A DNA stretch of 32,000 bases, taken from positions 671,415 through 703,414 of the forward strand of contig NZ_LMKV01000001.1 of the NCBI RefSeq assembly GCF_001421665.1. The letters run 5' to 3'. How positions within the stretch are numbered: the stretch's first letter is position 1; the number at the start of each line of letters is the position of its first letter. Shown here in pieces: positions 7,877 through 15,271 of this stretch. This stretch comes from Sphingobium sp. Leaf26. Its GTDB lineage: Bacteria > Pseudomonadota > Alphaproteobacteria > Sphingomonadales > Sphingomonadaceae. Position numbers and translations under genes: made by a program. The notes under the pieces were generated by a model. That model did not search any database and was not told the origin of the DNA. It saw nothing but the letters and a program-made list of their open reading frames with translations.

Positions 7877-8913
7877 GACTGGCCCTCCAGCGCGATGCGC
7901 CCCTTATACCAGAGTGCCGCATTGGCAGAGATACCGCCCACGACGTCGTTCCAGTCGATGTTGCTTTCCTCGCGTTCGGCCACGCTTTCCTTCAGGATAT
8001 CGGCTTTGACCCATTCGATGAAGTCACGGGTCCGACACGGATCAAGCTGACCATCAACCGCTTCGGCAAGCGCCTGCTCCATCCGCTGTTCAGTGCAGAA
8101 CGCTTCGGCGAAAAGGTTCTTCGTCGGGAACCACTGGGCTTTCAGGTGGACCGCGTCACGGCTGCGGTTGACCCGTAGGTTTTCCGCTTTGGCCTTGAAA
8201 TTGAGGACCGACCACATTGGGATTTCATCCGGGGCGTAGGACAGGCCGTTGCCGACCATGGGGTAGCCGACCAGACCTTCGCCCTTCCCTTCGATGCCGA
8301 ACATCGACGCCATCAGGGGATCACGTTCGCCGATCTGTTCCACTTCATCGTTCAGCGCCATGACGGTCGCGACGGTGGCATCCTTGTCCCCAAAGTCGAT
8401 GGTGACCTTGGAATGGTAGGGCAGCGTCTTCACCGATGACGGCGCGGGCATCGTGCCCGACATGCGGAAACTGATTTCCTGCGGGTCATACAGGCGCTGC
8501 TGAAGCTGGCCAGCCACGTCATAGGTGTCGATGGCGAAGGGGTAGAACACCGGTTCCGGCGTAGCCGAACAAGCAACATCCTGCTGGATGCCCGGCCCGG
8601 CCCACTCACCCCACACATAGGTAGCAAGATCGGGATTGTGGAAGGTCGCCCAATAGCTGGGGTTGGCTTCCACCCATGCGCGAAAGCCGCCGTTGTCGGT
8701 GTCGCCGGGAATGTCGCTGCTACGGCGCTGGGCCGCAACCTGCCCATTGGGCTGGACACGCACACCGGCATTGGTGCCATGGATTTTGATCTTGAAACCG
8801 TAGGTGACCTTGTAGTCCTGATCGCGCAGGGTGCGATGGACCGCGACCTTGTTCACGCCACGGATGACATCATGGAAGCTGTTGAGGGAATCCCATTTGC
8901 GGAAGCCGTTCAT
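7873..8913 (-). CDS. ATP-dependent RNA ligase, T4 Rnl2-like
   Basis: Motif I is KIKIHGTN (T4 Rnl2 has EKIHGTN). VWGEWAGPGIQQDV compares with VFGEFAGPGIQKNV, FYPFAI with FYVFDI, and the N-terminal KWDSLNS with KYSSLEN. T4 Rnl2 sequence recalled from memory. Confidence 0.8.
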   Translation of the reverse strand: MNGFRKWDSLNSFHDVIRGVNKVAVHRTLRDQDYKVTYGFKIKIHGTNAGVRVQPNGQVAAQRRSSDIPGDTDNGGFRAWVEANPSYWATFHNPDLATYVWGEWAGPGIQQDVACSATPEPVFYPFAIDTYDVAGQLQQRLYDPQEISFRMSGTMPAPSSVKTLPYHSKVTIDFGDKDATVATVMALNDEVEQIGERDPLMASMFGIEGKGEGLVGYPMVGNGLSYAPDEIPMWSVLNFKAKAENLRVNRSRDAVHLKAQWFPTKNLFAEAFCTEQRMEQALAEAVDGQLDPCRTRDFIEWVKADILKESVAEREESNIDWNDVVGGISANAALWYKGRIALEGQS

Positions 8914-9182
8914 GACTGGTCGCCCCCATCGATCATCGTGATGGTGATGGCTGTGTCGGCGGCGTCATATTCGGTGCAATCGAGGTAAAGGGTCGCGACG
9001 TAATCAGACGCATCCTGAAATCGAATAGGATCAGCCTGAACCAATGAGGGGTGAGTTTCAACAAAGGCTGCCCAACAGCGGGCCAACTCGCGAACCGCCT
9101 GACGTTCGGCCGCCTGACGTTCGGCCGCCATACGGTCAACCACCTCACGGACGCGGGCGAGGAATTCTTGGGTGTCGACCAT
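8910..9182 (-). CDS. Hypothetical protein
   Basis: 90 aa with an SD (GGGGAGGG). Its stop forms an ATGA overlap with the RNA ligase start. It contains a duplicated AAERQ encoded by a 15-bp tandem repeat. Confidence 0.55.
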   Translation of the reverse strand: MVDTQEFLARVREVVDRMAAERQAAERQAVRELARCWAAFVETHPSLVQADPIRFQDASDYVATLYLDCTEYDAADTAITITMIDGGDQS

Positions 9183-9577
9183 CAGTCCTGACCCTCCCCA
9201 AAAAAGTCATTCATCAGGTCGAACAGATTATCGCTGCGGCGCTTTCCGTTTTCCAGCACGTCGCTGTTGCACATTGCAGGGTTATCGCCGCGCATTTCAG
9301 GGGCAACGCGGCGACCAAGACAAGCGCCCGCCATGTAGGTGACGACATCGTCGAAATCACTGACGATATCCGCGACAGCCTCATCGGCGAACCGGGGCTG
9401 ATCGGGCATCGTCGCCAAATGTTGTTCAGCGATATCGACCCGTTCGTCGATGAAGCGGACCCGACGTTCGAAATCGTCTTTCATGTTGTGAATGGCTGCG
9501 GTCATGGTCTGCCGCATGTGCTGAATGTCGCTTTCCATCTTTGCCTTGAAGGCTTCGAGTTTCTGCTTGGGGGTCAT
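9182..9577 (-). CDS. Hypothetical protein
   Basis: 131 aa. The start is embedded in the reiterated junction GGGGAGGGTCGCTGATCATG. It is coupled to both neighbours. Confidence 0.6.
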   Translation of the reverse strand: MTPKQKLEAFKAKMESDIQHMRQTMTAAIHNMKDDFERRVRFIDERVDIAEQHLATMPDQPRFADEAVADIVSDFDDVVTYMAGACLGRRVAPEMRGDNPAMCNSDVLENGKRRSDNLFDLMNDFFGEGQD

Positions 9578-9579
9578 GA

Positions 9580-10389
9580 TCAGCGACCCTCCCCGACGTC
9601 GTCCCAGCGCAGCAAATAGCTACCCAGCTTGGTCCGGCTGATATGAACCGCAAAACCCAGTTCTAGCGCTCTTTCGAAAACGGCTTCCTGCGCGCGTTTG
9701 CGGTCGGTGATGATCTGATATGTGCAACCTGACTTGGGACGCTCGCCAACGATGGCTTCGAACGTTCCCAATTCATCTGCGGAAGGAGAGTGAACCCATT
9801 CCTCCGTCATTTGCCCAAGGCCATTGATAGTGAACCCCTTGGGCTGGGACGGTGCGGGCGCGGCATCCTTGGGCTGATGATCGGCCTGAATATCCTTGAT
9901 CCAACGATTGGCTTCGATGATCCGGGCTTCGTTGCGAGCGAGAGAGTCGGCATCGATCGCCGGACGCAGCAATGGCGGTAAAGAGGGCATTTCCTCCAAC
10001 GCATCCGTCAACAGTTGCTGCTTTATCTGGTCGATATGCTTCTGTGCATGAGCGTTCAATTCTTCCAGAATTTCGTTCGCCCGCTGCGCGCCAGCCTGAG
10101 CCGGGGCAGGATCGATGGCGTCCATCGCCTCCAAGACCTTGGCCAGCGTATCGTTCGTCTTCTTCGTCGATTTGACGAGGGCGACAGTTTGCTTTTCGAC
10201 AGCCGCATCAGCGTCGTCGGCCGCGTTGATCTTCGCGACCAGAGCATCCCGTTCAGCGACCCGATTATGCAGTTCCCGATCCAACTGGCGCAAATCACCT
10301 AAAGTGTCAGCCCCTGCGATCTTCTGTTCAAGCAGTTCAATCCGAATGACCCAGTGCATCAGGGTCAGGAAATCGTTGTCGATACGCAT
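9580..10389 (-). CDS. Hypothetical coiled-coil protein
   Basis: 269 aa counted from ATG 10389 (MRIDNDFLTLMHW...), which follows the same 20-nt junction. The longer 351-aa ORF call would overlap the upstream membrane-protein gene in another frame. Confidence 0.6.
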   Translation of the reverse strand: MRIDNDFLTLMHWVIRIELLEQKIAGADTLGDLRQLDRELHNRVAERDALVAKINAADDADAAVEKQTVALVKSTKKTNDTLAKVLEAMDAIDPAPAQAGAQRANEILEELNAHAQKHIDQIKQQLLTDALEEMPSLPPLLRPAIDADSLARNEARIIEANRWIKDIQADHQPKDAAPAPSQPKGFTINGLGQMTEEWVHSPSADELGTFEAIVGERPKSGCTYQIITDRKRAQEAVFERALELGFAVHISRTKLGSYLLRWDDVGEGR

Positions 10390-10391
10390 GA

Positions 10392-10574
10392 TCAGCGACC
10401 CTCCCCAGCTTCGCGGATCAGGCGGCGTAGCCCGGCATAGAACATGGTGAAGCCCAGAACGCCCAAAATCCAAGCGGCGGCGAAATGGGGAACGTCCGGC
10501 GTTTCGAAAACGGCGCTGACGGCAGTTATATTGAAGCCAAAGAAAATCAGTAGGACAGTAAAAATATTCGACAT
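10392..10574 (-). CDS. Small two-helix membrane protein (holin-like topology, function unknown)
   Basis: MSNIFTVLLIFFGFNITAVSAVF...FAAAWILGVLGFTMFYAGLRRLIREAGEGR has two hydrophobic helices and a charged tail. GGGAGA lies 11 nt upstream of ATG 10574. An alternative start is at 10607. Confidence 0.5.
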   Translation of the reverse strand: MSNIFTVLLIFFGFNITAVSAVFETPDVPHFAAAWILGVLGFTMFYAGLRRLIREAGEGR

Positions 10575-10736
10575 TTGAAATGCAATCTCCCAATTGTGTA
10601 ACGCCATTGTGGCTAAGGGAGACCGCGAAAGTCATTATTCTTCTTCATCTCCCGCATGTATTTACACGGTTGGGTGATTTTTCTTTGGACAACGGGTGAA
10701 AATAGCAATTTTTTTTGAAAGTCGAATTGATGCGCT

Positions 10737-11231
10737 ATGGCATTCAAAACAGGAGTGACCGCCTTGGAAGCGACATGGATCACAGACAGCACAGTAGACC
10801 TTGACGGCGCGCGCGTTGCAGTCGCCTACAAACATCATATCGACCAGTGGGAAGATACGGGTGAGGAGTTCCGGCGACGGCAAAGGGGTTCGATCCTCCC
10901 CACCATCAACCTGTATAGCTATCGGGCAAGAGCGAACGACCGCGCAGGTGACGCGAAGGTTGAAGGCTGGGCTGAGTTTTTCGGCACCCTCGTTCAATTT
11001 TCAAATCGCATCATCGTTGCCGAACCGGAGTGGGACGGCGGACGCCTGTTGAATGTGCAGAACTTCGTTAGGAGTGGCTGTGACATCCGCTTCGAAATCC
11101 TCCCCGCCCCATTCGAGCTGGTAAACATCCGGACAGTCCCCGAAATGCAAAAGCGCGATTTCGTCCCCGTGGGATATGCCGATCCTGATCACATCAGGAA
11201 CCAACCAGAATTGCGCGAATGGCGCTGGTAA
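10737..11231 (+). CDS. Hypothetical protein (strand assignment uncertain)
   Basis: 164-aa ORF starting at the edge of an AT-rich divergent region. Position-specific GC does not separate it from the same-register minus-strand ORFs. The plus-strand product looks more protein-like over its whole length. Confidence 0.4.
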   Translation: MAFKTGVTALEATWITDSTVDLDGARVAVAYKHHIDQWEDTGEEFRRRQRGSILPTINLYSYRARANDRAGDAKVEGWAEFFGTLVQFSNRIIVAEPEWDGGRLLNVQNFVRSGCDIRFEILPAPFELVNIRTVPEMQKRDFVPVGYADPDHIRNQPELREWRW

Positions 11232-11356
11232 AGTGAGATTGGGCATCCACTCCGAAATGGTATGAGAGGGTAAAGGCGTTGCTGGCGACCAGCACCACGA
11301 TAGCAACGAAAATGACTCCAACAGTATCAAGGTGCTCAACCAACCGGAGAACCAAA

Positions 11357-11494
11357 ATGGGTGAGAAAACCAGAGTTTGCGACAACTGCGACAATGTCGT
11401 CGTCGGCGAAGCTGCGATCGAAAATGGCCGTCAGGTCGGCAATGACTTCTATTGCGCGAAATGCAAAAGCAAAGTTCGCGACGGCAATCGTTGA
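11357..11494 (+). CDS. Small zinc-ribbon protein
   Basis: 45 aa, MGEKTRVCDNCDNVV...FYCAKCKSKVRDGNR, with CxxC...CxxC. SD GGAGA lies 7 nt upstream. Confidence 0.5.
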   Translation: MGEKTRVCDNCDNVVVGEAAIENGRQVGNDFYCAKCKSKVRDGNR

Positions 11495-11504
11495 TTAAAA
11501 TGAG

Positions 11505-11527
11505 GGGGGAGGCGCTTGGCCTCCCCC
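11505..11527 (+). terminator. GC-rich hairpin after the zinc-ribbon gene (no clear U tract)
   Basis: gggggaggc-gcttg-gcctccccc. A closely similar hairpin (gggggaggcgctgacctcccc) follows the gene ending at 19088. Confidence 0.35.
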
Positions 11528-11727
11528 GGATCGTTGCGAACCTTCGCGGGTATATGATTTGTAGGGCTGGTCGCCCCCGCGTTGACGCACACGGGCTGGA
11601 TCAGCCGACGTGCGCAGAATCGCCTTTGCCAAGACCGTGATCCAGACGGTCCCCGAATTGGCGTAGCCCTTCGGAACTAATTATCCCGGCATCCCGGTCG
11701 CGGTGACGAAGCCGGGATAAATTCGAG

Positions 11728-12048
11728 ATGAGAAATCGTTTCGAACGCGCCGTGGCCACCCAACTGGGCACAGGCTGGGAATATGAAGCCATCCGCCTGA
11801 CCTATACCGTCCAGCATACCTACACCCCTGACTTCATCGACCGTGAAAATCGGATCATCCGGGAAGCCAAGGGTCACTTTCCGTCAGAGGATCGGCGCAA
11901 AATGAAGGCGGTGAAGGCCGCCCACCCCGACTGGCGCATCATCATCGTGTTGCAGCGTCCCGATACCCGGATCAGCAAGAAATCGAAGACCACCTATGCG
12001 GGCTGGTGCGAGAAGAACGGTTTCGAATGGGAGGCCGGACCAGCCTGA
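11728..12048 (+). CDS. T7 endonuclease I-like Holliday junction resolvase
   Basis: Collinear with T7 gene 3 protein from memory: HTYTPDF is identical, EAKG compares with ETKG, EDRRKM with DDRKKH, HPDWRIIIV with HPELDIRIV, and TTYAGWCEKNGFEW with TSYGEFCEKHGIKF. Confidence 0.85.
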   Translation: MRNRFERAVATQLGTGWEYEAIRLTYTVQHTYTPDFIDRENRIIREAKGHFPSEDRRKMKAVKAAHPDWRIIIVLQRPDTRISKKSKTTYAGWCEKNGFEWEAGPA

Positions 12049-12067
12049 TTCGGAGACATCCGTAGGT

Positions 12068-12280
12068 TCATCGCCTCTTTGGGTCGCCTTCAAAAAGGCC
12101 GAAAAGGATCGTGGCGGGGGCGACCAAGCAGAAATCGACGATGAAGGCTGGCGCGAGAAGTCCATAGGCTATCGCCACGGTGAACAATCCGAGGCCGACG
12201 CTACTCGACTTGTAGGCGTCTTTTGCCATGCCACTGATAAGGCCAAGGCAGCCGGCCGTTAGCGGAAAGGGGTTGTTCAT
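12068..12280 (-). CDS. Candidate small membrane protein (possible holin)
   Basis: MNNPFPLTAGCLGLISGMAKD...LGLFTVAIAYGLLAPAFIVDFCLVAPATILFGLF has 2-3 hydrophobic segments. It sits beside the peptidoglycan hydrolase gene but on the opposite strand. SD is weak. Confidence 0.35.
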   Translation of the reverse strand: MNNPFPLTAGCLGLISGMAKDAYKSSSVGLGLFTVAIAYGLLAPAFIVDFCLVAPATILFGLFEGDPKRR

Positions 12281-12372
12281 GTCGTCGGTTTCCTGATGGA
12301 TAGCCCGAAGCATCATAACCGCAAAGCCTTTCCAACTTTATACTGACGGTCAACCATCTGGCTAAATTCCAG

Positions 12373-12879
12373 ATGACGAACGAAATCATCTGGGTCGACG
12401 TGGCCCGCAAACTTATCGGCACCCGCGAAATCAAGGGTCCGAAGCACAATCAGACAATCATGGGCTGGATCAAACGCCTTGGCAGCAAGGTGCTGGGGAT
12501 CGCGGTCACCGATGATGAAACGCCATGGTGTGGCACCTTCATGGCCGCAGTGATGACAGAATGCGGTTTTGCCCCTCCCAAGGTCGCGGTGCGGGCATCA
12601 TCGTGGGACGCCTTTGGGGTAGCGGTATCGAAGCCCTACTTGGGTGCCGTGGTGCGGTTCCAGCGTCCGGGTGGCGGGCATGTCGGGATCATCATCGGCC
12701 AGTCCAAGGATGGCAAATTGCTTCGCGTATTGGGCGGCAACCAGTCCGATAGCGTTAATGAAACTTGGATCGAGCGCAGTCGCGCCGTTGCGTATCGTTG
12801 GCCTTCCGGAGTGGGCAAGCCGGAACTACTTGCACCAATACTTACCCACTCAGGTTTAATTTCTAAGGACGAAGCCTAA
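12373..12879 (+). CDS. CHAP / NlpC-P60-type peptidoglycan hydrolase (TIGR02594-like), probable endolysin
   Basis: 168 aa. A catalytic-type Cys is in ETPWCGTFM and a His in GGGHVGIIIG, followed by LGGNQSD, matching my memory of the TIGR02594 family. Confidence 0.75.
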   Translation: MTNEIIWVDVARKLIGTREIKGPKHNQTIMGWIKRLGSKVLGIAVTDDETPWCGTFMAAVMTECGFAPPKVAVRASSWDAFGVAVSKPYLGAVVRFQRPGGGHVGIIIGQSKDGKLLRVLGGNQSDSVNETWIERSRAVAYRWPSGVGKPELLAPILTHSGLISKDEA

Positions 12880-12908
12880 TTGACGTATCGTCACGCCAAT
12901 AGTAATAT
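12880..12908 (+). promoter_or_regulatory. Sigma70-like promoter of structured RNA copy A
   Basis: TTGACG (12880-85), a 17-nt spacer, then TAATAT (12903-08). Hairpin H1 begins 2 nt later. Confidence 0.5.
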
Positions 12909-12910
12909 GT

Positions 12911-13100
12911 GGCCCTGACGTGCTGCGAAGCAGGTCAGGGCCTGCCGGTCTTACCGGCTCAGGCTACGGAGGAGGCACTACCATTTCCAATCGTCTCAGT
13001 GGCGAGGTTTTGAGTTCCTCTATTTGGATCAGATTGGCGTCTGATCCGGCGAACGGGCCATCTGGGGTGTCGACTACCTTGGATGGCCCAGCGCCCTTTT
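12911..13100 (+). ncRNA. Candidate structured RNA, copy A (unassigned family)
   Basis: Elements in order: H1 12911-12942; H2 12944-12958; GGCTACGGAGG 12962-72; GAGGA:TCCTC 12969-73/13016-20; H3 13026-47 with loop ttggcg; H4 13055-89; tail cccTTTTac. It is collinear with copy B, with compensatory stem changes, and has no RBS-led ORF. Confidence 0.5.
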
Positions 13101-13369
13101 ACTCCCAGCACAAGCGTCGGATCAAGGGGCTGCCGCAAAAAAATCAAGTATCCGGCTAGACCGGACAACGCGATCCGAAAATTCGGAAATATTCGGGGCG
13201 CTAGACCCGCTCCCAATCTCATTGACGACACCGTCAACGACAATAACCGTTGACATAAAGCTGCACTTTGATCGCTATATTTCGTGGATTAACTCGTGGA
13301 ATATCTCGCAACCAATATCCAACTTAACCATCAGGCAAAAGACTGTTCAAAGAATCTTCGAAGAGTCTT

Positions 13370-13490
13370 GATCAAAAACTCCGCCGAAAACTACGTCGGA
13401 AAAGCCGCGCCAAAAGCCGGGCTAAAAACCGGGACGACCAACCACATCGAAAAATGATCAAAAATCCGGCGCATTCAACGCCGCAAAAGC
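13370..13490. repeat. Phased A-tract / degenerate 12-13-bp repeat array
   Basis: A4-5 tracts start at 13374, 13387, 13400, 13412, 13424, 13450, 13460 and 13485. The units resemble ccgNNgaaaaNN (ccgccgaaaacta / cgtcggaaaagc / cgcgccaaaagc / cgggctaaaaac). Confidence 0.6.
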
Positions 13491-13658
13491 CACCACGTTT
13501 TATGCAATCATATGGCGCAACGCCAAATAGGCACCGATGTTGGACAGCCCGGATGCAAAAGTTAGCACGAAAAATGCTGAAACTTTTTAGCCAGCCTTGT
13601 TCCAACAATCGGCGCGCACCATCTGAGACGCCCCGTAAACACAACATAGGAGGGAAAT

Positions 13659-13955
13659 ATGGGTGGTATAAAACGTCAAGGCGGTGAAATGGACGACATG
13701 CGGCGTGCTGCGGAAGATGTCCTTATCGAAGCCGGTGCGCTGACTAAGTGTGATGTCCACGGTGACGTCTATGATTGCGATTCCGATCGACTGGCTTCAG
13801 CCTATCCAATCGCCAATAGTAAAATCAGCAGTGGCCAAATCGTTCTACCAAGCGGATGGACGCGCAAGGATTTCACCGACGTGGTGAAGAGCGTTTATGA
13901 AGACAACAGCAATATCGATTATTGCCCTTCATGCGATAAGAACGATCGCAGCTAA
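13659..13955 (+). CDS. Hypothetical Cys/His-containing protein
   Basis: 98 aa with a strong SD (AGGAGGGaaatATG). CDVHGDVYDC ... CPSC suggests a metal site. It is convergent with the recombinase gene across a 2-bp gap. Confidence 0.6.
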   Translation: MGGIKRQGGEMDDMRRAAEDVLIEAGALTKCDVHGDVYDCDSDRLASAYPIANSKISSGQIVLPSGWTRKDFTDVVKSVYEDNSNIDYCPSCDKNDRS

Positions 13956-13957
13956 TT

Positions 13958-14722
13958 TTACTGGTTATGGGCTTCGTTCGGATGCGAAGCCTGTTGCCTT
14001 ACTACCCTTTTCACCGCTGTCGGTGACCATTGCCCGCCACGGGGTGCCCGGATCGACCGTTCATTCAGGTATGCAGCGATCTTGGCTAAGGATACCGCCC
14101 CGTGCGCCTGAGCCTCAACAATCACCCTATTGACGCTGGCCGCCCTCTGTCGGGCCGCCGTCTGACGGACATGTAGCGAACGCTGGAGGCCAACAGTCTG
14201 GTTTCGGAGGTTGGTGCCATCGTTGCCTAGCTTACGCCCACGGGCCTTAGAAGCTGCCAGAGCGGCCTTCGTTCGCTCGCTGATCATATGGGCCTCTGCT
14301 TGCGCCACAGCAGACAAGATATGAACGGTCAAATGGTTCGCGTCAGGAAGATCAGCCGCCACGAATGGCACCTTCGTTTCCATCAGCGTCGTGATGAAGT
14401 GTAGATTTCTCGCAAGCCTGTCTAATTTCGCCACGATCAACCGCGCGCCGGTAAGCCGGGCACGTTCTATGGCTTCGGTGAGGGCTGGCCTATCCCTTCT
14501 GCGGCCGGATTCGACTTCCGTGAATTCCGCAATCACCTGATCCCGGCTGCGCAGGTGATCTGTGACGGCTTTACGCTGAGCTTCTAGCCCCAGACCAGAT
14601 GCCCCCTGCCTGCGGGTCGATACCCGATAATAAGCCACATAGTCAGTCACTTCATTGATCCCTGAAAAGCGTGCCAAAGGATAAGGAAGCTTTATCGTTA
14701 GGTCAAACGTTCGTCTGACCAA
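13958..14722 (-). CDS. Small serine recombinase (resolvase/invertase family)
   Basis: The catalytic-Ser motif is YYRVSTRRQ, followed by GLGLEAQR, VESGRRRDRP and LIVAKLDRLARN. The C-terminal HTH is SLAKIAAYLNERSIRAPRGGQWSPTAVKRV. The start may be TTG 14722, 4 nt after the terS-like stop, or GTG 14650. Confidence 0.9.
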   Translation of the reverse strand: MVRRTFDLTIKLPYPLARFSGINEVTDYVAYYRVSTRRQGASGLGLEAQRKAVTDHLRSRDQVIAEFTEVESGRRRDRPALTEAIERARLTGARLIVAKLDRLARNLHFITTLMETKVPFVAADLPDANHLTVHILSAVAQAEAHMISERTKAALAASKARGRKLGNDGTNLRNQTVGLQRSLHVRQTAARQRAASVNRVIVEAQAHGAVSLAKIAAYLNERSIRAPRGGQWSPTAVKRVVRQQASHPNEAHNQ

Positions 14723-14725
14723 ATG

Positions 14726-15271
14726 TCATTCCTGCGAATTGTCCTCAATCGCCGCCACTTCAACGAAATCAGCGTCAAGAATATCGTCGTCGGGAAGATG
14801 CACGATCTGGAATGGCTTGCCGCCGCTGGTGATGTCGAGACGATCGGCATAGCGATTGTTCCGCTTGCTCATGATCCATATCAGCAGCTTCACAAGGTCA
14901 CGATCACGCGCACGATCGCCGGTGGACAATGACCCGCCAGACTGAATGTTGATCATCCGGGATTCCAGACTTTCCATGCCCAGTTCGCGCGCAGCTTCAA
15001 ATTCAACGGCAAATTCCTCCCGAACCTTGCACCAATCGCGCACCGTTTGGTCACTCACACCGATTTCACGACAGGCATCCTCAAAAGCCAGCCCGGATCG
15101 AAGGTAAAGCAACAGGTCTTCCGCAATTTCCGGGGTGAATTTGGTCGGTCGACCCATCTTGCGCATCGTCCGGACCTCCTCCGCGATCTTCGCCATCAGG
15201 TCGCGACCGTTAGCAGCCAACACTTTCTGGGCCTTTCCGCGCCCATCCTTCTTCTGATCATTATCGTCCAT
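14726..15271 (-). CDS. Terminase small subunit-like HTH protein
   Basis: GRPTKFTPEIAEDLLLYLRSGLAFEDACREIGVSDQTVRDWCKVREEFAVEFEAARE plus the C-terminal RDRDLVKLLIWIMSKRNNRYADR fit the GRPTKYTPE-type TerS family as I remember it. Start context is TAAGTA-GGTG-ATG. Confidence 0.6.
   Translation of the reverse strand: MDDNDQKKDGRGKAQKVLAANGRDLMAKIAEEVRTMRKMGRPTKFTPEIAEDLLLYLRSGLAFEDACREIGVSDQTVRDWCKVREEFAVEFEAARELGMESLESRMINIQSGGSLSTGDRARDRDLVKLLIWIMSKRNNRYADRLDITSGGKPFQIVHLPDDDILDADFVEVAAIEDNSQE

Noticed and set aside
13372-13687. ORFs at 13372-13647 (minus) and 13454-13687 (plus).
   Set aside because: These are artefacts of the A-tract repeat array, which yields periodic tails such as RFLARLLARLFRRSFRRSF. 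They have no RBS, and the plus ORF runs into the real start of the 98-aa gene.
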